Shown: positions 1 through 15,148, numbered from the stretch's first letter. The stretch: DNA of 64,000 nt from Octopus sinensis (GCF_006345805.1 NC_043008.1:8308001-8372000), one strand, 5' to 3'. Notes: a model not told the origin generated them from the sequence alone. Translations and numbers: made by a program.

Positions 1-1132
1 TATATTTAATACGAATAATTATGGAAACTAATACGAAGATTGAATTTCAAGCTCCATGTTAACTAGTTGATATTGTTAAGCGATTCAGTAACGGACAGAA
101 GAGATTATGGCTTTTTGAAAGCAACAATATTCTTTTATATTCATAATTGTGGTGTTGGTATCGTTCAAAATGATGCTGATATTTAGCCAAAATTCACAAG
201 AGTTTTATTTGACTCGCATATCACGAAATGCATTTCAAACAAACCCTAAAACTTTATATCAAATATATTGTTAGTATATTTTGGAGCTTACTAGTTATTC
301 AGCAGCACTTTCCAACTTGTGATTACACAGCTACATTCAACCCAACCTTGTGTTACTCACATTTTTGGAAACTCACAGTTAAATGTAAATCTAGGGTTAG
401 TCGCAGAACACGTTATATGGAACTCGAATGCTTCTTCCTCTTTAGAATAAAGAATACATTACTTGAATTCTTTATTGCCTAACCATCTGTGTCACACACA
501 TTTTTCCCTAATCTCATAGACAACCATTTGGTTATGCTACGTGAGTATATTATAATTAACTAACTGTTAATCGTTTGTCCCATGTTATGATGCATACCTT
601 CCTGAAACGGCATTTGCATAAATACGGAAATAAACAACGAATGTTACACATAATATTATATAAAGTTTTCAGATACTTGTCTCTAATAAACTGAGAACAA
701 GATAGAAATTTGTTTAGCATAATTCTGAACACCAAATTGTATATTCATGAAATACTGTTCACAGTTTGATGTGGGCAAATTAACAGCATAGCTTGCAAAT
801 TTGTCTATTTTATATTTCACTAATGTAGATCAATATACACTATGAACACAGTTGACTAAATGTATTTCAGATTAAATATTAACTATCTTATATAATATTT
901 GAAATGAAGAAGTGAATACATAGAAATCCTCCGGAAATATCAATTTTCATATACGACGTATAACAAAATCAACGATAAATAAATATTAAATGAAAAATGT
1001 GTTCATAACATACGAATATATATATATATACAGATGTTATTATATACTAAACACCTCAATGGTAAATTCCTCTGCAATTCTATGTACATTCTAGTAATCA
1101 ATACAACTCCTGTAATTCAATTTCAGAATATG

Positions 1133-1135
1133 CAT

Positions 1136-1210
<75 letters not shown>

Positions 1211-1290
1211 TATCAAAATATATACACTTGGTGACGTAAAATTATATGTATATGAAGAAGGATATATATGTGTGTGTTTGTGCATATGTA

Positions 1291-1331
<41 letters not shown>

Positions 1332-1447
1332 TATATAAAGGAGAGAGAGAGAGGAAAGAGATAGTGATTTATACATATTTGTATGCGTATTTATATATAT
1401 CTGTTTGCATACACATGAGTATTTATGATTTTGTGTGTCTCTGTATA

Positions 1448-1491
<44 letters not shown>

Positions 1492-1500
1492 TATATGCGT
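1133..1500. repeat. Compound (TA)n/(TG)n/(GA)n microsatellite cluster
   Basis: Direct reading; explains the Y/I-rich ORFs at 1091-1675. Confidence 0.95.
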
Positions 1501-2199
1501 ATTTGTATTTGTTTGCATGCATAGGTCTATTTGTGTTTATACATATAAGTAGTATATGCATTGGTATGTGTATGTCTTCAGTATGTGTGTGTAATTCTGC
1601 CTGCTTAATGTACGTTTGAAGGAATGTATGTATGAAGGAATTTCTATAATTTATGACTTTAATTCCATACTCCATTGTACATGAGTATATAGAAGCATGG
1701 GACTAACATACGGGTATTAGCCTTTATACAGTGCACGATTTATTTCATTTTAATCAAGTACATTTGAAGATATTTTATTGATTCAATGGGTCCTGAAAAA
1801 CAAACCATCTCGAAATATGTAAGTTGATGAGAATGTGACGTTGTATGTGATAAATCAGATGATAATTTTCGACTCATCAAATAGATTTATGCAATATCCT
1901 CTGTGAATAACACTGTTGGTATTGTTTGTACAACATATTTCCACAGATACAAGGAATGAAACCACAAATTCATGAGTATCCATTTCTACATAATTCTTTT
2001 TCTTGACAAAAAGCCTACGGCTAATATCTGTGGTCTTGGCAGTGTACACGTAAGTGTCGTCCAAGAATTAAATGACATATGAATATATATGTTTGTGTAG
2101 GTCCATAGGTGTATCGCTCTCTGCACGTTATAGACTATTGTAGATATATTATGAAACGACATTGCGAACAAATTTAAATAACTATATGAATATTGAATT

Positions 2200-2721
2200 A
2201 AGGAGGAACTTTTTTAACGTTGTGCTGTTCAGTTGTATGTTGTTCATCTGCTGTTCATACTGTTTATGCACATCTTAAACAGATATCTTTGGATATCACA
2301 AATGTCATAGCCACTAACATCTCGTTTTTTTCACCAATCACAGAAGGCGTAGGGCGTCCAGATTTTGGTGCATTACTCACGGAACCTGTGATATCAAATT
2401 TGTCTCTTATCCTATAAATTATCTGGCGTGAAGATGGAAGAGTGTGAAAGGCTTCGTGCCATGCTCTGAGCATCTGCTCGGCATTTTAAGACTTCGAATA
2501 CAGATTTAGTATCCATTTTCTTTGCTCTTGATATAACTTGTTTGCCATGTCTCACACTTTACAGTTCCTGTAAAAAACAAAAGAATCACAGACTGAAAAG
2601 GGAGCTTGAAGAAATTAACTAAATTAGCATAGAATACTGGTTTCATATATTTTTATAATTAAGATCGAAACTGCTGCTAATATATGAATATGAAAGAGAA
2701 ACTTTTGGGCCACACAGTATA
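2200..2721 (-). mobile_element. Tc1/mariner-superfamily relic: left end plus N-terminal HTH region of the transposase (pseudogene)
   Basis: Minus strand from ATG at 2548 reads MANKLYQEQRKWILNLYSKS*NAEQMLRAWHEAFHTLPSSRQIIYRIRDKFDITGSVSNAPKSGRP, with one in-frame TAA at 2486-2488. The RIRDKF..TGSV...PKSGRP motif is typical of Tc1-like DNA-binding domains. A TIR-like end TATACTGTGTGGCCCAAAAGT lies at 2701-2721 (minus). No DDE domain or second TIR found. Confidence 0.8.
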
Positions 2722-2924
2722 TTTCCCTGAAACTCAGAGTAGCTGAGGCATGGTTGTTAATGCTCGACAAACTTAAAAGTATAATTCTAAGCCTCTGGCA
2801 TTTTCCACAGAAGGTTACAAAACTTGGGTGTAGTTAATTCATTCCGAATAACATCAGTGGTCCCTATATCTATGTATTGTATCGTATTGGAAATCAACTG
2901 CCTTTCTAATGATATTAATATTGA

Positions 2925-3355
2925 AAAGCAGCGAGAAGGCAGAACCGTTACAGCGCGGGAAAAATGCTTAGCCGCCGCATTCCTCCAGTTTTTCATGTTC
3001 TGAGTCAAATTCTACGAATGTCCACTTTGAATTTCAATATTTCGGAGGAGATGAATTAAGTACCAGTTGTGAACTGGAGTCGATGTAATCAACTTATCCG
3101 TTCCCCCAAAATTATAGCCCTTGTGTCAAAATTTGAAATCAATATTCAAAAATATATGAGTAAGTGAGATTGTAGGGCATACCGGGCAAAGCGATAGCGG
3201 CATTTAGTTTGTCTTCACGTTATGAGTTCCTATTCCGCCTCATTGACTTTACCCATCATCTTTCCGAGGTGGATAAATCAACAACCATTTGAATAGTGCG
3301 GTCGTTGTAATAGAATTACCCCGAAAGTGCTGGATTTGTGTCAAAATTTTGTATC
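2925..3355 (+). mobile_element. Two tandem diverged copies of tRNA-derived SINE family A (about 2925-3143 and 3171-3355)
   Basis: Share the head (gcagaaccgtta...aaatgcttagc), core (aattaagtaccagtt...gtcgatgtaatc) and tail (ttgtgtcaaaattt) with copies at 45299-46470 and 50139-50946. Confidence 0.8.
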
Positions 3356-4065
3356 CAACATTTAATAATATCACCTAAAATCACTATAAGTTCCTTTATT
3401 TGCCTTCAGTTGTTACTGAAGAAGAGTCATTCGGATTAAATGTGCATTAATACACTATTTTCTGCCTCCTACATCTATAAACCAATCTTTGATTACAACA
3501 ACCAAACAAAGACCAGTATAATCTGTTCAATCAACATAATGCCCTACATCAATTGAGGCGTCAAAATATTTCAATGTCACATCCGTATATTTGGTGAGTT
3601 TTCGTGGACGGTAATGTTCATCCATGCTTGTAAAATGGTATTTAATATCAGTATAGGAGTAAGTGAAATTTATTGCTAGCACTAATAGATATAAAGGAAG
3701 AGAAGCGTAAAAATTATTAATATCAAACAGTGAAAACCAGTTGATTTGGTAAGTTTTTATAACACCCGATAACATAGATGAATTATCCCTAAGGGGCAAT
3801 ATCCCTAAATTTTATCTATAATGCTATCCAATGCAAATTCGCTAATTATACGCATTGCTGGAAATGTCGGGTTAACGAATCAGATAAATGGATTACGGTA
3901 TAAATATAATTTATTAACGTTCGTAGTGTAACTAGGAAAATTCGCTTTTAGTGCATCGCTACGATCAATATTTGGCAGCTTGCTTGTAATTTTGTTACTC
4001 CAATTTCGTTCAAGACGTGTGAGTTCACTTTACTGTAAACTTCGCTGAATGTAGTTTGGAGGTAC

Positions 4066-4269
4066 CGACACACACACACACACACATACACACAGACATA
4101 CACACTTACGCATAAAAATACGCCCAGAAGCGGACACGTATATATGCATGTCTATAACGATATGTGCACCCATATATATATATATATATTTGTGGTGGTT
4201 TATATGCATATATGTATGTATATATATATACATACATGTGTGCTGGTGTATATGCATATATATGTATAT

Positions 4270-4310
<41 letters not shown>

Positions 4311-4500
4311 ATATACATATATTTGTGCTGGTGTATACGCATATATGTATATATATATATATATATGTGTGTGTGTATGTATGTATATATTTATATATGT
4401 ATATGTATATTTAACGGTTTGTATATATATATATTATATATATATATATATATTATATATATACACACACATATATATATATGTAAATGTATTTGTAAGG

Positions 4501-4544
<44 letters not shown>

Positions 4545-4545
4545 G
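4066..4545. repeat. Compound (CA)n/(TA)n/(TATG)n microsatellite
   Basis: Direct reading. Confidence 0.95.
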
Positions 4546-5169
4546 CATGTAAGCATTTATGAGCTCGTGCCTTTTTAAACGAAATGTTCTCGTTCTATTC
4601 TCAAGCATCGCTATGATCGAATTATTCGTTTCTCTTTTGAAATCCTGAAACTCACCGGAGGTCAAAGGCAACTAAAATATTGTTTGAAAAGATTACTTTC
4701 CATATCTTGTTAATGTCTCGTTTGGTGGTATCTCTTTTATGATTTCAGTACAAAAGGATCTGCTGAAGGCCAGATTTCATTATGATTTGTACATTCTCAT
4801 TGTGTTGAATGAGATCTACTTCGAGATATTTGGGGCGCCAAACCGTGCGATCATTTTACTGATCATTCAACACCTCGGAGCTTGCTTCATAGGGTTAAGT
4901 ATTATGTTTATCTGTATCGTATAACCACAATTTAATTGTTAATAAATTATTGTTTAAGTGATGTAATTGAAACAAACTATGACAACCAACCCTTAAAGTC
5001 AAAGAGAATATGAAGAAGCGAGTTTTCTGTTAGGTTCGAATGTTAAGGGAATCGTTGCTGCTAAATCTATCTGGCTATAGCACAGTCCATATTACACAAA
5101 GTATTCTGCAGTTAGATGGCATACTTAAAAGAATATTTGAATGGCGTGTTTACTATATTATATCTTTGT

Positions 5170-5170
<1 letters not shown>

Positions 5171-5234
<64 letters not shown>

Positions 5235-5373
5235 AAATTGCGAGGATGATCCGGTTCTTAACTGAAGATTGAAGGCTTCGAATGTCCCGTCCGTGTTTTT
5301 TGTATCGTCTTCTAAATGTTTTGCGTTCTTGTCCCAGTTTGTATTTCTGTACACACACACACATATATATATG

Positions 5374-5422
<49 letters not shown>

Positions 5423-5476
5423 ATATATACATATACATATATATGAATACGCACACACACACACACATATATATAC

Positions 5477-5531
<55 letters not shown>
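5171..5531. repeat. (TA)n tracts enclosing a short interspersed-repeat fragment at 5232-5350
   Basis: The fragment atgttttgcgttcttgtccc...tttgtatttc recurs in reverse orientation at about 52419-52458, also next to (TA)n. Confidence 0.75.
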
Positions 5532-5532
<1 letters not shown>

Positions 5533-5556
5533 GGAGGGGTGGTAAAAAGTTCCAGG
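5532..5556 (+). mobile_element. Possible mariner-type terminal inverted repeat (left end only)
   Basis: TA followed by CGGAGGGGTGGTAAAAAGTTCC resembles the TA|CGAGGGG...AAAAAGTT ends of mariner elements. No partner TIR or transposase seen. Confidence 0.35.
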
Positions 5557-5937
5557 CTTTAGTATCCTTTAAATTTGTGGAAATCCTTTTCACCATTTAA
5601 TAAGACTAGTGTAAGTAGAAAACATAATTATATTCTGCATCATATATCCATGATTCGATTCGATTTTATCACACTTTTCATCTAGTAAGATATATAGTAA
5701 CGCGACGATACCATATTGCGCACTAGAACAGGCGCAGTTTACATATATGTATCTTGGTTGTGATAATTCTGTAGTTATGTCACGAGAAAAATAACAATTT
5801 TATGAAACTGAGGAACAACATCGCAAGTATTCGAAATTCTATAAATCGTGTAATTCATTCTAAATTATATAAAAATGTTTCTCGTTTTCCACATGTTGCA
5901 CGCATTTCATATTATATGTTTCTTTGTACTTTTTGAC

Positions 5938-5988
<51 letters not shown>

Positions 5989-8387
5989 TTCTCTGTATAT
6001 GTGTTTATGTATGCGTGTTAATAATCGACGTGAAATCAATATCTTTGATAGACGTTTGCAGCTTTAATGTTTGTGTAGACCCCCCTAATACTTGTTCGGT
6101 GTGCGGTGAGATGAACAGAAAACGCATGCATGTAGAAATAATAACATATTTTAAAGGATTGTTACATTTTGATATTATGTCTGTGTAAAATAATAAGCGT
6201 TCTTAGTGACAGCAGCTTGCATCGTTATGAAACAGTGCTACTATGTAATCAAGGACAGCATAAAAATACAGGGCAGATGCCAAATAAATGGAAAGAGAGT
6301 GAAGGGAAATTCATTGGAATGTAAGCTAAAATATATCTTATTTTCAATGAACAGTAAGGTGGATTAGATTAAAGAGGCTCTAATTAATGATTAGAAATTG
6401 AAATTGAAATAGTACGTAAAATATAATGAAACTGTTTTCTTTATTTCACTTTATGCTGGTTCTAAAGCATGTATATTTTAAATATATATATATACATATA
6501 TACATACATACATACATACATATATATATATATTGCATCAGTCTTCTTGAGTTATGTAATATATTATGTAATATTTAATGTGTGATTACTCTATGTAAGT
6601 AAGGTAAATAGTTATATTTAAAAACAATTGTATTATCTATTAATGTAACATGGAAACACACAGAATATTGCATGTAGTAAAAAAGGGAAATGCATTAGGG
6701 GTAACGAATCTGAAGAAGTGGTTTTTACACGAAATGATTATTGGTAGGAAAACATATGATTAGTTCACTTGAAAGTAGCTAATAAGCAAATGTATTTCGA
6801 TAGTGCTCCCACCTACGATTTCTCAAATAAGAAGTGCCTACCTCATTCACTAAACTTATCATAAAATGCCCAGAATAAACCCGAAACTGAAAAATTCCTT
6901 AAGATGCCAAACGTCGAACATAGAGATTAGATGTCAATAACTTAGCGGTACCTCAATGTTTGACTACTTCTGTCGTAAAGATCATGTCAAAGAGTTTAAT
7001 GAAATGTTGAATTTCTGACGTTAACGATCTTCATTAAATATTTTTTTTTCTTTTTTATGAGATAGCGAATTCGGAAGACAACCTACGATAGAGAGAATGG
7101 AATATAGTAATCGTAACACGTGTATATTTTCCGAATATTCAATACAATACTTATGGGTATTCAAACATATTTATATCGTCTTATGAAATAGTTTAAGTGG
7201 TGAAAAAGAATAAGGTATTTAGCGAATTCATTGCATCTTACATTATCGTCCTCAGATGGAGTCGCCATTAACAAGACCGAAAGCTGTTCCAAACCATTTG
7301 GAAACAAAAGCTTTTGGAGAGCACTATGTGTTAGATGAATATTCGAGACCAGAGTGTTGGCTGAAAGAAATATTTCGTTATACGTATACCATCATGGTTT
7401 TCATAGACATCATAGTCTTACATAGGAACATACCCGAGGACACATACACGGGTACATACAATCGTGTACAGACATACTTATGTCATTCTCTCTTTTCTCT
7501 CGTTCTTTTCACTCCCTTTCTCTCACACTCTCTCTTACTATCTCTCTCTCGCTTTCTCTTTATACAGGCGTATATTTGTGAAGATGTATGTAAGTACTTA
7601 TGCTTGTACATACGTAAAATTGTATGTGTGTACTGTCCCTTATATTTAATATCCATACTTATGTGTAATTTTGCGAAACTTTACTGTGAAAATATGTTAT
7701 TCTTCCTGAATATATGAATACAAATACCAAGATGAGTACAACGAAAATTGAAATACATAAAAAGAAATATTTTGGATAAAAAAAAATAACACGAATAATA
7801 AGAATCGATTATCGATCATCTATAATCTGTCATTCTCGTAAATCCTTTCTGAGTATTTGAAAAGAATTTAAATAAAAATGACATCACCAGATTTAATAAA
7901 ACATTCGTGTCACTGAATTTGCTTGAAGTATAATTCTAGTCGTCAGGGTGGTCGGGGTAGGAAGGAGCGAAGATTTGGTAGCGTTTTATATCCAAGAGAT
8001 TTCAGCTTAGTCAGTCAATCAAGAGATATAATGGGGGAGGTTTGGAGATCGATGGAATATTCGTTATTCAATGACAGATTTTAAGACGTTTAAATATGCC
8101 AAATTATTTCCTACTCATACGCGTCGATGTTTTTATCACTCTTCGCGTTGTGTCCATTTATGTTTTGTTTGCCATTCTGCCGATTTCCCTTTCACGTGTA
8201 AAAGGGAAGAGAGAACGGAAAGGAAGATATTAAATAAGAAATTATGTATTTGATTTCGCAGAATGTGGTTTATTCATCTCAGCAGATATATTTGGAGAGC
8301 CTGAGTGAATTACGTACACATACTCACACGGCCACACATCGGGTATATACCACACACACACACACACATATATATATATGTATATAG

Positions 8388-8443
<56 letters not shown>

Positions 8444-8471
8444 ATTATATGTATATATATTGTATATATAA

Positions 8472-8512
<41 letters not shown>

Positions 8513-8622
8513 ATAATATATATGTATATACATATAGACACATATACATATATGCATATTTATTTACACATCTATAACACACACACACTCTTAAATATTC
8601 ATGTATATACATACATACATAT

Positions 8623-8944
8623 ACTCTTTTACTCTTTTACTTCTTTCAGTCATTTGAGTGTGGCCATTCTGGGGCACCGCCTTTGGTCGAGCAAATCGAC
8701 TCCAGGACTTATTCTTCGTAAGCGTAGTACTTATTCTAGCGGGGAGGTAAACACACCAGCAGCGGCTGTGAAGCGATGTTTGGGAGACAAACACAGACAA
8801 AAACCACACACACACATACACATACGCTTCTTTCCGTTTTCGTCTACTAAATCCACTCACAAGGCTTTGGTCGGCCCGAGGCTATAGTAGAAGACACCAG
8901 CCCAACTTGCAACGCAATGGGACTTAACCCTGAACCATGTGGTT
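8623..8944 (-). mobile_element. SINE family B copy (head truncated, internal deletion)
   Basis: Collinear with the full copies at 35191-35604 and 40354-40764, including the (TAAAAGAG)n tail. Confidence 0.9.
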
Positions 8945-9182
8945 CACATGGCTCACAACGTGAAGCATGTGGTACACGTTGTTTCTTGAAAGCATATATC
9001 CCCCACTTCAGGTGGATCTCTCAGTTTTCTGACAGGCTATTAAATAGCTGTCAGACTCTGAATCACAATCTGTTGCAGTAACCTTTTTTTCACACTCACG
9101 GGCTGAGCGGAAGCATTGAAACAGTGCAGTGATGTCTAGTCTGGGGGCTGGTACAACTCTCTGCCAACTGATATAGGGTCTG

Positions 9183-9290
<108 letters not shown>

Positions 9291-10560
9291 GTCTTTCGAC
9301 TTCTATATTTCTTAACCAATCTTGGATTTCATGCAGCCACTCCGCTTCAGCACTACGCTCCACAGGTTGGTTCCATATCCCTCCTCTCCAGAATGCTCTG
9401 CTTTCCTCTACATTACATGTAATTGCGCATCTAGTTTCGGAAACAGTTTCTTAGGATTTACTTCAAACAATCCGTTTTGCTTGAGCTGTTTTCTTCTCCT
9501 GTTGTGTCTTTCCAGTTTTGCTTTGATTGGAACAACTTTTTGTTTCGATTCTTCCAATATCACATCATATCTTTTATTTCTTGTTCTATATGTTCTACCC
9601 AGAATTCTTTTTATGCTTTCCTTCTGTATTTCCCCTTTTCTCAATGTATCAACTTGTCATAAGTGTTTTCTTTTTTAACTTTGATTCTCACAAATTCGTC
9701 TACGCCATTATGGTTCTTTCCGTTCTGTTTGTTCTTTTCTCCTGTGTCCAACTCTATCTGCAGTAATTATAGCTGCAGCCCAAATAATCTTGTCAGTTTC
9801 AATTATATGTCTTGTCTGGAATTGACCAAGGATCGAATCTATCTTTTTGGCTTCAACCTTGAACTTGCGTCGATCGATGTACCTCAGATTGGGACGTGTT
9901 TGATATTGGTCTTCTCCAATATATCGGTACAGCATCCTCACTGTATCCTGTTTGTCAACATCGTATATTTGTGATATAGCTCTTCTTAATACTTCTGCTG
10001 CATTTTCTGAGAATTCATTTACATTTACATTACGATCTACATTTCACCGTGGCCATTCATCTCTCTATTCTCACTCGACACATTGTCTGTTGTTGAAGTA
10101 TTAGTTCTCATTTCTACTTCCTTTTTATTTCTTCAATTTCCATGTCTGTTAGTCAGCATTTTGCTCTTATTGCTCTTGCTTGGTCGACTAACCGTTGCTT
10201 GCTTATTCCGAAGCATCCTATGCCATTCCATTTTACTTTCATTCGTAGTCGGAATTCCCCTACTACTGGGTTCACTCCTGATCCAGCATTCAATGACCGC
10301 TCGGTTTGCCGCCTCATCCCACATTCTCTGCCTCTGGCTTTGTGTACAAACAGTCTCTGGATGACGACCGGGCTTGCGCTGCTCAGCCACAGGGCACCAA
10401 CCAGGATAAAGGTGATCACCTTTGGTACTAGCCTCATTAACACCAATATTTGATACATTTGTGTTAGACATTTTCACCAAACATAGAGTTTTGTATTTTA
10501 AGGTTAGCCACCAACTGGTATTTTTACCGAGACCAACATCTCTAGCAAGATTGTCAACCA
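9291..10560 (-). mobile_element. R4/Dong-clade non-LTR retrotransposon, N-terminal part of the ORF (frameshifted; RT and endonuclease absent)
   Basis: Successive minus-strand frames give WDEAANRAVIECWIRSEP..RG / QRLVDQARAIRAK / FQTRHIIETDKIIWAAAII / LEESKQKVVPIKAKLERHNRRRKQLKQNGLFEVNPKKLF / EESRAFW.GIWNQ...AEWLHEI. This is the motif order I recall for the pre-RT region of R4/Dong ORFs. Confidence 0.8.
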
Positions 10561-12078
10561 AGACAGCACAGCTCTAACTACCCATAAATTGTGCTTGTTC
10601 CCTTCGCATTTCTTTGTGTTGGGGAACAGGATAATGATTCTCACTATGTGACACGTGAACGTCAGTTGGCCCCGTATCTTCATCCAAATATTGCTCCGGA
10701 GTTAAGAGCTAATTCGCTGTCCATTCGACCTCTTTCCAAGCACTATAGCAGTTGAAGAAATACTTCAGCGATATACAGAACGAGAGTATTCAACAGAAAT
10801 ATGGTAAGTATATTTGTAAGTGTTTAATCGACATGCTATTATGTGTGATCTGTTTAAATATGTTTAGCTATGGAAATTCTGGTGACTTCGGCAATCACTG
10901 AACAATTTTAGGATAATATACTACTTTCATGACAGAAGGGAATGCGAGAGGACCAAAGTGTACAGGTCAGAAAGGAAACCACTTATACATGTGGCTCTGA
11001 GGGGCACTTAAGTTGGTTGACGAAAGAAAGAGAGGAAGTGAGCAGTAATGGTATTTGTGTAACAGCGGATCCAAGAAGAGGAAGTTTGAAGAGAACTAAA
11101 ATGTAACCACTGCGTTAAACTCCAGCAATATAGGAGATGAGCTACTGTGTTCGTGAACCAGGATCTATATATATATTATGCCAACGTTGAAGTATACATA
11201 CAAGTAAACGCTGTCCTTCCCTCGTCCTTGCAGTACGCAACTATCTTTGTACTGCACTGGCGTCCGAATGGGTAAACAATAGCTTCAAACAATAAAAGGA
11301 AGGGGCAAAAGAAGCGGGTTATGTTCAATATTGTTTTCATTTACGGGAAGGAGAATCGCCTGCTGTTGAATACAGTGATTTCGTTCCCTACGAGAATGCA
11401 CGTTTGACGAAGGTGAAAGTTCTACTTTCAGAAATGAAATAATATGGGCAATATATTTATTTGGAAGGAATAAGAAAGAATCGTGATCTCCAGATAATAG
11501 GATAATATTTTAAAATTAAATTAGGCATTCCTTGAAAACAGGAGTTGGAGTGTGTTGCAGCTAATGTGTAAAGTGACAAAACATTTTGGTTGCATTTGGG
11601 TACACAGTTTTCCAATATAACTGTTGGCAAGTGAGACGAATCGTGCGTTGGTCGGATCCAAAATATCTGGGGTACAATCAACTCATTTCGATTTAATGAT
11701 TTAATGCTATAGTGAGATGATATATGAATATATATTTGAAAGTACTGGAATTAACTTCTTTCTTTTAATAGCTAAATAACATTACGGAAATTGGATTTGA
11801 ATTTCCCAAATGAAAACTATGTACGCTGCAACATATCATGGACTCTATATTATTTTGCACAATCGCTAACATATCACTGAAATTGTATTGTAATTGTATC
11901 GTTAAAATATGGACAAGATCAATTTTTGGATGCTATATATTTCAACGCCTAGATTTGATTTCTTGTGCAATTATTCTTGGCATTTTTAGCTAATACCTCC
12001 AGGACTAATAATTCTCGGACTGCTTAATTCTCTTATTCAAAATTATTGTTCTACATTTCAAAGTCATTTTCCATAATC

Positions 12079-12197
12079 CTGCATCCGTTCGGGGGCGATA
12101 GCATAAGCACGAGATGAGCATATGTATCGCTGCAATCGTCTAACACATTTCCAGTGAAACATTGCTGGTATTGTGCCAAAATTTGAAACAATTATTA
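12079..12197 (+). mobile_element. Degenerate 3' half of SINE family A
   Basis: Tail gctggtattgtgccaaaatttgaaac matches the other A copies. Confidence 0.55.
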
Positions 12198-12275
12198 TAT
12201 ACTACGCCTAAAATATTTGCGGTTTGGTTCTCATATAATCTTCTAAATACTAAGAATATTTCTATATTTAAATAA

Positions 12276-12679
12276 CTAGCTCTATAGCCCGGCGTTGCTC
12301 GGGTGTTTTTTAGTTGCACTTAAAACGGCAGATGTTGATGTCGCGTTAACAAAGTATTGACCAAGTTTCAATTTTTTTTGAAGAGTAAAAAAAAGTTACA
12401 TTATGTGGCATGTTATTCTCTTTAAGTGAACATTTTTCTGGTCGAAATACATCGAAAAATGGAGATACAGAAGTCAAATAATCGTAAAAAAATAGGGATT
12501 GTCATAGAAAAAATGCACCTTTTTATTGTAAATGATTTTTGGTGTTAACATGGTCCGATTTGAATTGTTTCTTCTACGGAAGGAAGTGCAAGCCTTCTTC
12601 TATCATACTCTCAATTTTGGTCAACTTGCGCAGCAGGGTCTCGGAGGCGATAGTGTTAGTTGAAGGCTACCAAACCTGC

Positions 12680-12715
<36 letters not shown>

Positions 12716-12753
12716 TACACACACATAGACAACTTCAGCTTTATATATATAGA
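12276..12753 (-). mobile_element. Non-autonomous Helitron, 478 bp, apparently complete
   Basis: Minus strand starts A|TCTATATATATAAAG and ends with hairpin CCCGAGCAACGCCGGG, 8 nt, then CTAG|T. This gives 5'-TC, subterminal hairpin, CTAG-3', an A|T insertion site and no TSD. Internal (CA)n at about 12680-12724. Confidence 0.85.
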
Positions 12754-13140
12754 TTACTGAAATTACTTTGTACAATTTGATTTCTCTCACACATTCTTGT
12801 ACCATTACTGCATACATAAACATATAAGACAACGTTATAAAAATGAAATAATTTTAACATTTTACTTAAAACTTCCAATTAATTTTGCTTTGGTTTAGCA
12901 AATAATTTAAAGTTATTAAAAATCTATTGGAAATCTACTAATGATAAGAATATCTTCAGCTACATTTCTTTATTATGCATGTAGGCATATGTATTTACTA
13001 TTTCAATCTATTTTTCATTAATGTAAGCCATTGTTAAATGGCTTTTAAAACAACTTAGCAAATATTGTCAACACTACTTTTAATAAGCCAATACTACTTC
13101 TCAGTTGAGTAGCCATTCCGAGGAATTGGAGAATTCCTGG

Positions 13141-14193
13141 ATTATTATTCACGTGCCACCCAGCTCAGCTCTGTGTGTCTTGGCTATGTGCTATGGTATG
13201 TTGTGATGCTCTTATTTTTACTGTATGTAAAGTGTTTTACGTAGTAAGTGTGGGATCCCGAGTAGTTAAATTTTTCTGTATGTTATATATACTTTTTAGC
13301 CCTGGTGTTTTTGTTATGTATTAGTCTGAATATATGTTAACAGACCTAATGCGACTACTATGATAGAGGAATTATTTCTGTTTTTAGACACCACATTCGT
13401 GTTACCTCTATTTCTAGATCCTTGTATTTTGGAGGTTTCTCCGTCACCTTAAGAGAAATATTGTCATCTGTTGGTACTCACACCTTGATTAAATAGTACT
13501 TTTTCTTGATCTCTGGCAACTATTTCCAGCTTATTTACCTTAAATTCTCTATCTTTTAATGTTGACATATCCCAGAGTATGGTTGCTCTCTCCTTTTCTG
13601 TGACCTGTTCTGGCGTGTGCCTACACCATCATTTTTCTGTTGTTATTCCATAGTGTTGCCATAGCTTCCAGTGTATATAAACCCCAACTGTGTCGTTTCT
13701 TAGCCAGGACTGGACAGTCAGAGATAAAAATATTTATTCTTTCTTCTCCATCTTCATATATTCTACTGTTATTTGTTGTGTTTCTTTTCAATATATGTTT
13801 TTGGTAATTTCTGGTGGGGAGGCCGTGATCTTGTGCTGCAATTCAAAATCTTTCTGTCTCGCCTTTGAGTCATGAGCTTCTCATGAGCTTCATTTTGGGA
13901 TTTTGCTTAGTCTATTTCTTTTCCGTCTAATTTAACCCAGTATTTTCCATGAAGGGGCTTCTCTTGCCATCGTTTTATCATGATCCGGTGCTGTTCCAGT
14001 TTTAGTTTAGATTTCAGTTGTTCCACATCTTTCGTTGTTTCTTTTTCTCTACAGTTGTTAGGTACTGTGATTTCTTTTTTGTATTTGTCAGCTTACTTAC
14101 AGACTGAAAACAGTTTTTTGATTTGTTCGTGTTTTGTGGCTATTTGTATTAGTTTACCTTTCTTTTGCTGTAGGTATTTCTGCAGTCCCATGG
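13141..14193 (-). mobile_element. R4/Dong-clade LINE, 5'-truncated 3' end (RT C-terminus, decayed zinc knuckle, REL endonuclease, 3' UTR)
   Basis: Minus frames give MGLQKYLQ...HEQIKK, QDHGLPTRNYQKHILK, IHWKLWQHYGI, ILWDM, KYKDLEIEVTRMWCLKT, PGLKSIYNIQK, with stops and frameshifts. Ends in a short (AAT)3 at 13141-13149. Confidence 0.88.
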
Positions 14194-14654
<461 letters not shown>

Positions 14655-15148
14655 TTTTATTTTTATTAAACCTATTACATTCTATATAGTTAAGGATGTT
14701 ATCTTGATGATTCATAAGACAAGATTTCTTTCTCAGAATCGTTAACCTGCGGGGAAATTATTTGAAAATAAGGGAATTTTTGTTAAAATTTTACATAGTT
14801 GTTTCAACGGGGAAACGAAAGGGATTATGAATTTACCCTAAAGAATATATATTTTACAATCTTTTACTTGCTGGTGTCAGTTCCTTTACTCTCTTGGAAT
14901 TAGATTAGACGTCGATAATTCAATCTAGCAAATCCAGGACAGCCACTTATTTTATTCCTATAACTCTTAAGAGAATATTTCTCCCCAGTTTGTTGTTCTA
15001 TGGGAGTCACTGACATTTAAAAGTAGGGTTATAATAGTACAATAACAGAAAGAAGGACAGCAATGATGATAAAAAAAGGTAAAGGGAGTAAATGCTATGT
15101 TTTTAACGAGAAGACGAACAAAACAAGAAGTGTGCCATCATGAATAAC

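Noticed and set aside
5262-5300. CTGAAGA...GAAGGCTTC-GAAT-GTC
   Set aside because: GAAT replaces GAAA and stem I cannot be formed adjacent to the core.
6707-6745. CTGAAGA...CACGAAA hammerhead-like match
   Set aside because: Stem I and III are weak, there is an extra base before stem II, and there is no repeat context.
10741-10803. Possible exon ending in a GTAAGT donor (TIAVEEILQRYTEREYSTEI)
   Set aside because: Short, no recognisable homology, adjacent to a LINE 5' end, and no compatible partner exon identified.
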